From NCBI GenBank assembly GCA_964016885.1, contig OZ024746.1, positions 6,262,001 to 6,326,000 of the forward strand: 64,000 nucleotides of DNA, in the 5' to 3' direction. This DNA comes from Eledone cirrhosa. Lineage: Eukaryota. Made by a program: the position numbers and the translations under genes. Positions 14,575 through 27,709 of this stretch are shown here, one piece after another. The notes below the pieces were generated by a model that was given only the letters and a program-made list of their open reading frames with translations, had not been told where the DNA came from and ran no database searches. Numbering within the stretch: the stretch's first letter is position 1; the number at the start of each line of letters is the position of its first letter.

Positions 14575-14720
14575 GATCTGAGTTCAAATTACTTTACGAT
14601 CTGAGTTCTAATCCCGCAGAGGTTGACTTTGCCTTTCATCCTTCGGGGTCGATAAAATAAAGTACCAGTAATGCAGTGGGTAATTGCTGGCCTTGTGCCT
14701 AAAGTAGAAACAATTATTAC
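14575..14720 (+). mobile_element. SINE family A, 5'-truncated
   Basis: gatctgagttc...gcctttcatccttcggggtcgataaaataaagtaccagt. Confidence 0.8.
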
Positions 14721-14874
14721 TCTAAGAATGACCTACATGGGAATTCTCGCAAACTCGCTACCTAACTATGGAAACCTCTTGTTGGGTCAAACAATGCCGT
14801 AAGTTAAAACTATCCATAGTACAGAGTACTCACAACCTCTAACTGGATTACCTATAACGATAACTTGTTATCCC

Positions 14875-14928
<54 letters not shown>

Positions 14929-14963
14929 ACACATTCTACAGCCGTCGGGGTCCTGATTCTTTT

Positions 14964-15008
<45 letters not shown>

Positions 15009-15111
15009 GAATTCCCTTTTCTATCAACCAATGACCTGCACCCATCCCACTCCCCACCCTCTCCTACCACTTGTAGAGACCTATAAATACCATATTTATT
15101 TTTTGATACCC

Positions 15112-15162
15112 AGATTCCTGATGATTTCTAATGAATGAAACAGTTCTAGTCCTGTAGAATCT
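15112..15162 (+). ncRNA. Compact canonical type I hammerhead ribozyme
   Basis: agattc-CTGATGA-tttc/taat/gaat-GAAA-cag/ttctagtc/ctg-TA-gaatct; the same motif is at 40018-40066(-), 40071-40121(+) and 57332-57384(-). Confidence 0.85.
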
Positions 15163-15174
15163 CTTCTATATTAA

Positions 15175-15231
<57 letters not shown>

Positions 15232-15635
15232 TATATATATATGGTATAAGTAATACATTAAAAATACTGCCAGTTTTAAACATATCACAAATTTAACGTA
15301 TATCTTGTCATGTTTAATCACCTTATTTGAATGTGCATTCGGAACAAAAATTTAAAAAATAAAAAATGGTGAATAACTATGGCATCACACACGTACAAGT
15401 TCTGATAAAAGAGAATATGCGCTTTTGATAATAATGTCCCTCTGCTACTGGTAAGTGTTTCAATATATAACTAAAACAGTATATGGAAATGAATAAATTA
15501 CGTCTGTTTACATTCCAAGGTTTATTAATTCGTAATACGAAATCACCCACCACCCTTCTCAAGTGTGAACCTGATACCAAACACCTTTCGTAACTGTACT
15601 CCTTGTTGTCATTTACTTTTACAATATATATATCT

Positions 15636-15950
15636 CTAGGGCGGGTAAAATTCCCGAGATCCATGAACGAGTTCTCTCCAGCGGTCTCTGTCCCTCATTA
15701 TCGCTGCCATGTCCTGCGTCTCCAACAGACCAGTGTCTGTCCTTAGGGCATCAACATACGTTAACCTTGGTCTTCCTCTTCCAGTGTGTCTATGTAGGGG
15801 CTCCCACAGGAGCACTGAGTGTAATGTCAACTCTGGATGTCGGTGAGCATGTCCAGCTAACCTCAGTCTCCTCTGTGTCACTTTTGAGCTGTCTTTTGGG
15901 AGGCTCCCATACAGCTCTGAGTTTTTCATCCTCAGTGTATACTGATTAAT
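15636..15950 (-). mobile_element. RTE-type LINE 3' fragment
   Basis: RRLRLAGHAHRHPE...LLWEP...GRGRPRLTYVDAL...MRDRDRWR. Confidence 0.85.
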
Positions 15951-15975
15951 GTGTCAATATATATATATATATATA

Positions 15976-16410
15976 TTGTTATACTTGGGGAGGATCATAT
16001 TGTTGTAATAATATTGACAGAAATAATAACAGAACACACTGTTTGGTTGGTTTTCGCTTCTGTATCTTTTATATCGCCACAGTTAATTCATTTGGTCCTC
16101 AATGTTTATCATTGACTGACCAACGGTTAAAAATACAGATATAATATAGATATAAACACATATATTTAGTCTAACAAAGTTCTTTCGTTGCATATCTGCA
16201 ACATCATCAGTGGTGCTATTATGTTCCTCCTGTTGTATTGTATGCCTACGCCATTTTTATTTTATCTGTTTATTTATTTATTTTTGTCTTCTTCTCTGCG
16301 CATGCGTTTGCGTGTGTGTATAGTGTTTGGGTGACTGTGTTTTGGTTATAGTATTCTATCCTAGTTTACTAGTGTGTGTTTATATGTGTTTGTTGTTATT
16401 GTGCTTGTGT
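15976..16410 (-). mobile_element. Neptune-type PLE 3' end (HHR motif at 16174-16213)
   Basis: Homologous to 62130-62605. Confidence 0.85.
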
Positions 16411-16669
16411 ATATATATATATATATCAAAGGTTATTGCAAGAGACTATTTTGAGTTAGAAACTCAAAATAGTCTCTTGCAATAAATTAGCTCTAGCAAA
16501 GAGATTTTTCCGAGCCATGTAATATAACTGAACAAAAAAGAAAAACGAAGACAGACATATACATATATGTGTTCAAATTGTAGGGTTTGCCAGACAATAG
16601 GGTTTGCCAGACTCAATTTAAGAATAAATCAAGAAAGTAAATACAAACCGGAATTGTGGTAGCTACCAA

Positions 16670-16749
16670 TCACCCGGACAGCTTTGATAATACTGTTTCG
16701 CAATATTAATTGTGAAGAGGAATACCAATTCTTGCTCATCAGCGGGTGA
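16670..16749 (-). ncRNA. Canonical type I hammerhead ribozyme
   Basis: tcacccg-CTGATGA-gcaa...ttgc-GAAA-cag...ctg-TC-cgggtga: 7-bp stem I and GUC cleavage triplet. Confidence 0.88.
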
Positions 16750-17026
16750 AGAATTATTAGTATCCTGGTCACTTCTAAGTATATTAAAAAACTGAATAGT
16801 GTGCGTATATATAACAAAGCACATGGTATCTGAACTTAGCGTGTCTCGCAAACTCACACCACTAAAAATAGCAGCCGGGTTTACTCGACATTTGAATTAG
16901 CTCGACGAATTAACGGAGCCGAATATATGAAAGGTATATATTGAGTTAGAAACTTAAAACTTATATATACGCACACTATTCAGTTTTTTTTATATACTTA
17001 GAAGTGACCAGGATACTAATAATTCT

Positions 17027-17106
17027 TCACCCGCTGATGAGCAAGAATTGGTATTCCTCTTCACAATTAATATTGCGAAACAGTATTATCAAAGCTGTCC
17101 GAGTGA
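17027..17106 (+). ncRNA. Type I hammerhead ribozyme (second arm copy)
   Basis: Same as 16670-16749 with one stem I mismatch (cgagtga). Confidence 0.82.
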
Positions 17107-17272
17107 TTGGTAGTTACCACAATTCCGGTTTGTATTTACTTTCTTGATTTATTCTTAAATTGAGTCTGGCAAACCCTATTGTCTATAGTTAGTATTCTTT
17201 TCACCTTAGCGAATCTGGTCCCTTACGATTTGAACACATATATGTATATGTCTGTGTTCGTTTTTCTTGAGT

Positions 17273-17304
<32 letters not shown>

Positions 17305-17414
17305 TATGTGTATATATATATATATATATAAACATATATACATACTTCCATTCCCCGTACCATTCCCCATAACAACTGTACCACTTCCTACTAGCAAAGT
17401 AATATATACCATAT

Positions 17415-17730
17415 TGTCACCTTGATCACCTTGACCGACCAGTCCGTCGGGCGTCCATTCGGCGCCGCTGGTCACAGCACGCCGTCCATTCCTCTCTGGA
17501 GCTGCTTTCCTCATCCATGTAGTCCGAATCGTATTCCTAAAATCGTAATTCCACCTTCGTGGAGGCCTTCCGAGTGGTCGTTTCCGCTTGCGCGGGTACC
17601 ACTCGGCAACTGCGCGGGTCCACCGATTATCGGTGAACCTGGCGACGTGTCCAGCCCATCTGAACTTGCTGCGCATATATTCCGTGATGACGTCCCTCAC
17701 GCCGGACTTCTGTCTGAAGACTTCGTTGAG
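17415..17730 (-). mobile_element. RTE-type LINE 3' fragment
   Basis: KFRWAGHVARFTDNRWTRAVAEWYPRKRKRPLGRPPRRW; short tandem tail (caaggtga). Confidence 0.88.
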
Positions 17731-17929
17731 AGACCATATTGTATATTATTATATATACAGCAAACAAATACTTTTATCGCTCTACATGGCTGAATACAGG
17801 AAATGTAAATCTGAATATTTCGAATATTAATAATAATATTCGATTCGTATGAAATTATGCAACAACCTCTTAATCTATATGAGTAGAACAATCTCGTCAT
17901 TCTTGTTCTTGTGTTTTCATATAAACAGA

Positions 17930-17976
17930 ACGGCAGACACTAATGTTTCTGGGTGATTACCCTTCATCAGTACCGT
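17930..17976 (-). ncRNA. Canonical type I hammerhead ribozyme
   Basis: acggta-CTGATGA-a-gggt/aatc/accc-a-GAAA-ca/ttag/tg-TC-tgccgt; the homolog at 57653-57696 shows a compensatory stem I change. Confidence 0.88.
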
Positions 17977-18079
17977 ATACTGCTTACCTGCCAACTGTCA
18001 GAGCTAGTGAAAATATATGATATTTTCTGGAATATACAGAGACTGATCGGCCTGATTTTCATATTAACAGACCCATTGA

Positions 18080-18320
18080 TCGTGAATCTGGGAAAATCCG
18101 AGGATCGGGAAACTTCAGGAAACCGAAAAATTATTTTTAAATCGGTGGAAAATTATTTTAGATCCAAGGAAAATCTTGGAAAATCCGACTAATTGTGAAT
18201 CTGGGAAAATCCGAGGAATCGGGAAAGTTAGAAAATCCGAGGAAAATCTTATTAAATTCGAGGAAAATCCGACTAATCGTGAATCTGGGAAATTCCGAGG
18301 AAAATCCGGGGAATCGAGAA
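18080..18320 (+). repeat. Degenerate tandem repeat built from gaaaatccgagga / gtgaatctggga motifs
   Basis: About three higher-order copies visible. Confidence 0.7.
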
Positions 18321-18389
18321 ACATAGTGAATGCAATCTTATAATAACGATAGAAAGTCAGAGAATGGAAGTGAGAATGGGATACAGAGG

Positions 18390-18555
18390 AAGAATTGACT
18401 CCAATACTAGTCTGGTACTTTTTATCGATTTCGAAAAGTTGAAAGGCAATGTTGACCTCGGCATGATTTGAACACAGAGACCAGTGAGTCGGAACAAACA
18501 CCACAAGGCATTCTATCCACCCTTCTAAAGACTCTGCTAATCTGTGGCCTTATTT
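18390..18555 (-). mobile_element. SINE family A, old copy
   Basis: ctggtactttttatcgat...gaaaggcaatgttgacctcggcatgatttgaac. Confidence 0.6.
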
Positions 18556-20262
18556 AAAGTATAATTTTGGTTATGGAACTTCCGACAGACAAATCTCTGG
18601 TTCTTTTTAGTGCCATAATAAGATACGTTTTAGTGTATGAAAATGATACTGCTGCACTACCACGAGTAGCTTCAATGTATATAGCATAATATTCCTTTTA
18701 TATAACCTTCACAATATAATATTCCCTCTATATAACCTTCACAAATGGACTAATTTGTAAAAGAAAATGTTTCAATGGCAATTCTACAGGAAACCATTAT
18801 TGACGGTTTTCATGACCTCAATATATTACTGTTACTTATCAATGTCTGGAGAATGTAATAGAGAAATTGTGATTGACTGAAAAACGTCGATTTCGCTCTT
18901 GCATTCCTCAGAGATCGATAACATTCGGTAATATATCGAAGTTAATAAAAACGTCTGTAGTCATTTGTTGTAGAATCACCATCTATTGTGACGGTTTTCG
19001 TTAATTTCATTGGATATTTCTTCAACTATACTCAGCACTCACTTCCTTTGCCAATTTAATAAACTTAATTTTAGTTTTCATTTAAATACTTTTGCTAACA
19101 TTATTGGCAACGGTGTGAATATAACAGTTCTCTATCTCTATAACGATAAAATCATATACGTATTCAGCTAAAGTAAATATAGATTTGGAAAACAAATCAA
19201 TACTCTGCAAAAGAATCCAATATTGATTTTTTGTATATGCATGTAAACAAAATTCTATAGCGTCTATAATTTCTCAAGGATATTAGTGACAGCAGGAAAC
19301 CAGAGCGTGCGCTAGACACAGCAGAAATTATACCCAGCAGTCTTCAATAAGGACACATTGAATTGTATATGATTTTAGATACACAGTCTGAAGAAAGAAG
19401 TATTGGTCACTGCTAGAGATCGATTGATCATAGGTATCATTAGTGTCTAGCTGGAGCTAAACAAAAATTATATCAAATTTGTAAGTCTATTGGAATCCTT
19501 AGATATTTAGTTGAAATATATATATTTATGTAAACATGATATTAAATGAATTGAAGCGATTAATGTGTAAAATATTTTCATCAAATTGTAGGAATCTAAA
19601 AAAAGCGGAGAGAACTGTAAAACAAGCAGCTGCTAAGATGAATATCAAGGAGCCGAGTTAATATATAACATCTTTTAAACTGAAGAACGGTCAGAGAAGA
19701 GAGGGGGGGGGGGGGAGAATACAGGAAATAGAGTGTATAGCATATGATGTGAGATGAGAGAGTAGAAAAGAGGGAATGAGAATGAGAGAGCATAAACGTT
19801 GACATCTTTTCTTCTCTTTCTCTCTTCTTCTCTATAATTTTATGAAAATATACCTTCTTTCTTTGACATTCAGATAATCTAGCCGAAGGTCCCCAGTTTA
19901 TATCGTACTAGTTCTATTTATACATATCTATGACCAGGTCACTTAAAGCATGATGGCTCGGTGGCCCTTTTTCTATATTTTACGCCAGTACATCTTACCT
20001 TCATACGTGTTCAGTAACCTCTTAGGTATATCTTTATTTTATAACATCAAGTTAAAATCCTTACAAAAATGCTATGTCGTCTACGGTTCTCTAATTAACG
20101 AAAGGGTTCTGCGAAATCCAAGTATATAATACAAATTTGCACTATCTCTCGCCGATATATGAATGGGGGGGGGGGGACACAAGCAAGACAAAAACACATT
20201 TTTTTAGTCCGTTCCCTTCCAAATAAAATTGCATCAGAAATGTTACCTTTTAATCAATATTT

Positions 20263-20313
20263 GCTGTCTGAAGAGATAACGATGTTTATTGTCATTGAAA
20301 TATATATAACGGC
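20263..20313 (+). ncRNA. Type I hammerhead ribozyme motif
   Basis: gctgt-CTGAAGA-...acgat/gttt/attgt...-GAAAT-atat-ATA-acggc. Confidence 0.65.
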
Positions 20314-21005
20314 TCAAATAATAAAGGATTCTAACACCTTCAACTTCGCATTTTTATCTTTATTAATATACTCCGTCACACCTGTGATTGGGTATTATGG
20401 CGTTGAGTGCTAGAAGTGAATTGCATCCTTGTATACCGAATATATATATATATATATATATGAGTTCAGTTGTACACACACGATAGACAACAGAGGCCAA
20501 GTGTTGTCCCTCTTCCTACTAAAAACTTTCCCCCTCGGAAAACTCCCAGTTGATGGATGCGAAATCCGAAATAAAGGGACAATTAAATCACTTCCAAGGT
20601 TGAGTGCTTCTAATCTGTTATAAATTAACTTTGTTGAATAATCAACGAACCAATTAACACTATCTCGTGTTATTATTTTTACACTCTTTCCTACGTTCCT
20701 CTACACCCTCTACGTCTCATTCTACATTTCCTCTAACATCTCTCTTATTACCACCTGATTCTGTTACCCGGAGATTTACCCATCTGCATTGTTGAGGCTT
20801 CCAAAACGGCCAATTTTATGTATATATATATATATATCCCTGATATTTTGTTATGTCTAAGTGGCGAGTTTACTCTAATGATCATGTGAGTGCGCAGGTG
20901 AAACCTCGGTGTAACAATACACATTACTTAGCCATAATAAAAGAATATTGAAAGTCTACATCATTATCAAGTACTTATTCTCACATCCGTCAATAACATA
21001 CGTAT

Positions 21006-21055
<50 letters not shown>

Positions 21056-21060
21056 ATGTA

Positions 21061-21112
<52 letters not shown>

Positions 21113-21276
21113 TAGGCAAAATGATTAATGAAAGAGTTGCAAGCCGTTATAAAGCTCTTACACATGTTTCGTCCAATGGGGCTCGTCTGACGCAGATACT
21201 AAGGCAAAGTTATTAATTAAATACCCTATACGGGTAGAATAATACTTTAACATCAGAATGCATATTACATATACGT

Positions 21277-21341
<65 letters not shown>

Positions 21342-21420
21342 AGTTAATTGGTTTGTTTATTATTCAACAAAGTTAATTTATAACAGATTAGAAGCGCTCA
21401 ACGATTTCCGGAATATAATT

Positions 21421-21682
21421 AATATCAATAATATTAATAAATGGAAATTATCTTTATAAAACCATATTTATTTTATTTTATTCTACATATTTCAAGGGTA
21501 TCAACTATCTACAATGAACTTATAACATTAAGTTCATATGAAGATATGTCACTATCTTTAAACCAAATATTGTATTTTATCTGACGAAAGCGTACCAAAA
21601 TATTGGTACCCTTGAAATATGTATAATAAAATAAATATGGTTTTAAAAATATATTTTCCATTTATTAATATTATTGATATTA
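21421..21682. mobile_element. Fold-back PLE-like 3'-end insertion
   Basis: Arms ~21421-21505 and ~21603-21682; related copy at ~38800-38905(-). Confidence 0.75.
21573..21633 (+). ncRNA. Type I hammerhead ribozyme motif
   Basis: tattttat-CTGACGA-aagcgtaccaa/aata/ttggtaccctt-GAAAT-atgt-ATA-ataaaata (8-bp stem I). Confidence 0.8.
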
Positions 21683-21817
21683 TATTATATATATATATAT
21701 AAAGAAAAAAAGATGAAATCGAAAATGCAACTAGAGTCTTATTTAAAAAAAATATATATATACCTTTACCGGTTTCGCAGTTCTTCTGCTCTTTTCAAAA
21801 GTAGAGTTGAGATGGAG

Positions 21818-22213
21818 AGGCGCGGTGATTGCAGGATTGCTTCAGGACCCAATGATCTCTGGTAAGTTCTGGGTCATCGCTTGCTACATTGGATGTCGAA
21901 AGATAATCATCCCCAGGCCGGCCAGAGGTCAATCCGCAGTCCTCGCGACCCGTCTCTGAAAAACGATTTAATCTAGTAACGCTGTTGAGCAGTAGGACCA
22001 GGCTGCTGAGCGCAGTGAGTGAATGCATTGCAACTGCCGTGTGGGTTGTACATATATGGATGACCTGACGGTCAGAGACGGGTCGCAAGGACTGCGGATT
22101 GACCTCTGGCCGGCCTGGGGATGATTATCTTTCGACATCCAATGTAGCAAGCGATGACCCAGAACTTACCAGAGATCATTGGGTCCTGAAGCAATCCTGC
22201 AATCACCGCGCCT
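21818..22213. repeat. GC-rich ~142-bp inverted repeat with ~112-bp spacer
   Basis: 21818-21959 and 22072-22213 are reverse complements with about one mismatch. Confidence 0.92.
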
Positions 22214-23407
22214 GGTCCTATGAGTAGACTACAACCACAGAGATCATTATTTTAGAATCCTCGCTCATCATCTATAATTTCCATTTGTGGCATCTTACGA
22301 TGGGTTAATCCACCATCACCATAATAATATGATCACCTTCAGCATAACTTAATTAAACTACTCTATAGTTAATACACTTTATGCTTTAAACATTTTTTTG
22401 GAGGATGCGCATCACCATAGAAATTAGGGTCTATATTGTGACACATTTTAATAGCTAGGTATAGAAACCCCGGAGTTACCTCCCCGCATGCATTAACTCC
22501 CCTTAGCCACACACACACTTCCGGGTGGTATTCAATGGCGTTTCTCGAAATGTAACAGCCTCCTGTATTGAACTAAAGAACACCAGACTACGATCTCTAA
22601 CTGGATTGTCAAACGCTCAATATCGAATTGTCGTGGATTATGTGAGGGCCATATAATCGAAAAATACACTCCCCTGACCATGGAAATGTCGAAGTACATG
22701 AAATACTTGACATCCCTTCGCTGTGCATCTCCAATACTTTTAACACTTTTAATGCTTGCACTATTTTTAATGCTTATAACATTTCTCCACACACAGACTA
22801 TATCAATCATATAAAGAATTTGCCACCAGATCTACCAACCTAACACTCTTGTTTACCTACCTAAGTGCCTCTACCACACATATCTCTCTGCCATACTATA
22901 TAAACAAGACGCACATGCGTGCCACACATATAACATTTGCACTATACAACCGCTTATCTTCATGTTGTATTTTAACCTGTATTTTTGATTTTTGATTGTA
23001 CCTCTTAGTATAAATGTAATCTCGAAGTGTGTACTGCCACTCTAAATTCTGTAATGAATGTTGACCCACAATGTTTGAATATGTATCAATGTTTGAATAT
23101 GTATCGGTATGTCTCTCGGCTGAAATGGAGGTCATATAACTGTCCATGCATTAATAAATTGCTCCGAAGAATCCAAACCTCGGTTTGGAGGAAACAACTG
23201 TAAGCACAATAATGTTTTGAACAGTTCTTTGATTCTTATATTTCATATAACTGCTCTGTAAATCATCTGATATCTTTACATTGAGCTACTTAACTTACTG
23301 GTAATAAGGTAGTAATACATTACTGCCTACCACTATTTAGGGTGTGTGTGAAATACATATAACTGCATAAGGTTTTGTATTTACATAACCATAAATAGTA
23401 TAACTAA

Positions 23408-23410
<3 letters not shown>
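21962..23410 (+). mobile_element. Probable heavily decayed PLE (RT remnant + HHR-bearing 3' end)
   Basis: YMDDL-encoding sequence near 22053; HHR motif at 23160-23206; ends in (TA)n. Confidence 0.45.
23160..23206 (+). ncRNA. Type I hammerhead motif, C4 core variant
   Basis: tgct-CCGAAGA-a-tccaaac/ctcg/gtttgga-g-GAAAC-aact-GTA-agca. Confidence 0.7.
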
Positions 23411-23460
<50 letters not shown>

Positions 23461-23776
23461 CATATATATATGTACACACACACACACATTTATATATATA
23501 TGTACACACACACACACACATTTATATATATATATATATGTACACACACACACACATTTATATATATATATATATGTATGTATACACACACGTATATATA
23601 TGAACCTTCCAGTTTTATTTCACATTATACACATGTCTGTGTATATTTGAATTATTTAAAACTTATTTTCAACTTAACGTGACCCAACGGATCACTGGTG
23701 GTCTAGTATCTACTCAATACTAGCCTACCGCCTATGGAAGATACTACCGCCTATGGAAGCATCTTAGCTACCATCC

Positions 23777-24416
<640 letters not shown>

Positions 24417-24417
24417 A

Positions 24418-24840
24418 TATAATAACTAGAAATTGATTAACATATAAATAAACATGAATAATCACAGGAGATAATTTTTACAAGTGTGTAGTAACCACAC
24501 ATAGCTAGGTAGCTAACTACATAAAGTTGACTAGGACTTCAAAAATAGATACCTTATAATATCATTAATCATATTATAAGGTATCTATTTTTGAAGTTCT
24601 AGTCAACTTTATCTAGTTAGCTACCTAGCTATGTGTGGTTACACACTTGTAAAAATTATCTCCTGTGATTATTCAAGTTTATTTATATGTTAATCAATTT
24701 CTAGTTATTATAAAATGCTCGGACCTACTCGTTAGAATCTTAGAGCTTATTTTACGGGTGAAATGGCGCATGTCTCTCTGACATGACACCCATAATTTTG
24801 ATTTGGATTAAATTCATTTGATTTATCTTAATTTTGGATA
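24418..24840. mobile_element. Fold-back insertion with ~145-bp arms and a one-sided tail
   Basis: 24418-24562 vs 24570-24712 inverted; unique ~125-nt tail to (TA)n; no HHR core seen. Confidence 0.8.
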
Positions 24841-24992
24841 TAGATATATATATATAGAGAGAGAGAGAGCACAATCCCTAGTTTTGTCATAGAAGATAAG
24901 TACAGACGAAGCTAAGCACTCCGTGACCACACACACACAGCTGGTCTAGTGTCAAAACTAGGGATTGCTATATATATATATATATATATATA

Positions 24993-25410
24993 GCCGGCGG
25001 ACAGCTCGAGACGCAATCGTTGTGTGGATCTGTCTGATTCTGGACCGGCAGGTTCGACGGACACGTCTAATGACTTCGGATCCGAAATCATTCGTATCTG
25101 AAATGATTTCGTCTGCCGGCGAAACAATAATAACAAACAATAAATTGAGTTCAGATGCATCACTGATTTTTCGTTTTATATATATATATAGAAAGACGTG
25201 TCCGTCGAACCTGCGGGTCCAGAATCAGACAGATCCACACAATGATTGCGTCTCGAGCTGTCCGCCGGCGAAACAATTGTAACACACAATAATGAGTTCA
25301 GATGCATCACTGATTTTTCGTTTTATATTATATCATACTCTTCTCTGTAAGAGCATAGAGTGCTCAACCGGCATACCGCCTATGGAAGCATCTTAGCTAC
25401 AATCCGACGC
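24993..25410. mobile_element. Composite inverted/tandem PLE-like 3'-end copies (related to 985-1319)
   Basis: 24993-25070 is inverted relative to 25193-25270; gagttcagatgcatcactgatttttcg occurs twice; tail only on the last copy. Confidence 0.75.
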
Positions 25411-25412
25411 AT

Positions 25413-25446
<34 letters not shown>

Positions 25447-25447
<1 letters not shown>

Positions 25448-25560
25448 GGAACGAGTAGGACCCCGACGGCTGAGCTCAAGCCGTTTCGACGGCTAATTCT
25501 GGACAAATTGAACATTTTTATCCTGGTAAATGAATAGCCGAGCTTCTCAGGCGGTTATAT
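25447..25560 (-). ncRNA. Degenerate hammerhead-like motif in a PLE-like 3' end
   Basis: CTGAGAA...cggcta/tagccg-tc-GAAAC-ggct/tgagctc/agcc-GTC; family also at 14940-14967 and 58088-58190. Confidence 0.5.
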
Positions 25561-26209
25561 TCCATATATGGTAAAAGTGATTGTCACAAGGATTGGTCAA
25601 AAGTTTGTTGTTGAGACACATAATTCTATTTTGTGGAAGGAAGGGGTTAGCTGACTTTGTCAGTAGAAGAAAGAGGGAGAGGGAGTGGAGCAATGGAGCA
25701 AACCCAGTCGTGCGTTGAAAATGACGACTACAGCAGAATCCTAAGGATAAGAGGTCAAGAGGGGGAGGGGGAGGAAGTCTAAACAATAAGTAGAACTATA
25801 TGGAGTAAATCTATATAGAAAAATAAGAATGTTAAAAATATAAAAAAACACAATTTCTGGTTACTATTCCCCTACTACAATCATCAAGTCTCTCACTGGT
25901 ACTGCTAAACTATAGAAAAATTTAATAGGTGGGACGGGATACTAATTGGCGAGATTGTAGTGAAAGAATGTTATGAGTTAGTAGTACTCGGCCTAATCTA
26001 TCTTACAGTGACAGGTCAACAAGTAGGGGGCCAAAATACTAAAAAAAAAATAAATAAATAAATAAGATGGCTGTCACCGAAATATATATAGCAGTAATAA
26101 ACGAAGCCAAATTTTAAACATTTGACTTATTTATTTTATTTTATTTTATATATATATATAGCAATCCCTAGTTTTGTCATACAAGATAAGTACAGACGAA
26201 GCTAAGCAC

Positions 26210-26530
26210 ACCGAGACCATACACACACAGACTGAGACAACCCCCACACAGAGACGAGACAACACAGAGAGAGATAACCCACACACTTCAGCACACACAC
26301 ACACCCTACACACACACACACACACAGACAACACACAGACAGAGAAACAAACCACACACAGAAGCAACCCCCCCCCCGCAACACACACACACACAGAGAC
26401 AGAGACAACACACAGACAGAGAGACAAACCACACACAGAAGCAACCAACCACACAGAGACAAACCACACACAGAGACAACACACAGACACAGACTACACA
26501 CAAACACGGAGACATCTCCCCGTCCACATA
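26210..26530 (+). repeat. CA/GA-rich low-complexity repeat
   Basis: cacacagagacaaaccacacacaga variants. Confidence 0.8.
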
Positions 26531-27003
26531 TATACATTTTCGAATTAATCAGAAAAGTTTTCTTTACCTATTCCCCTGTAAAATCTTCAAGCGGTTTCGT
26601 CACCTTCAAATATATTTATATTAAAGAACAACTTTAAAATTACGTTATTTTGTGTTTTATACATGTTTGTTTTTATATTTATAATTATGTGTAATTTACA
26701 ATCAAATTGTCGCTGAAATTAATCATTTATACTTAAATTACTTTCACGAGTTAATAAACTGTAGTTTATATTTCAATTAATATAGTTAGTAATTATTTAT
26801 TCCGAGTAATTATTCTCGGTACATTGAGCATATATAGTGTAATTTGTAGTCCAAACAAATATTGTATCGGTAAAACTCATGTAAATATTTGGTGTTGATA
26901 GATAGAAGTATTTTATACAAAATACTGGCTCATATCTTAGAATAAGTAAATTGAAAGCAATTAACTTCAAAGGAACACTATCGAATCGTACCCACTCATA
27001 CAC

Positions 27004-27652
<649 letters not shown>

Positions 27653-27678
27653 GCGTGTGTGTGTGTGTGTGTGCGTGT

Positions 27679-27709
<31 letters not shown>

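Larger units (their letters stand above)
16427..17272. mobile_element. Large fold-back PLE-like insertion
   Basis: Arms ~16539-16814 and ~16961-17268; extra perfect hairpin at 16432-16484; tail on the left arm only. Confidence 0.85.
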
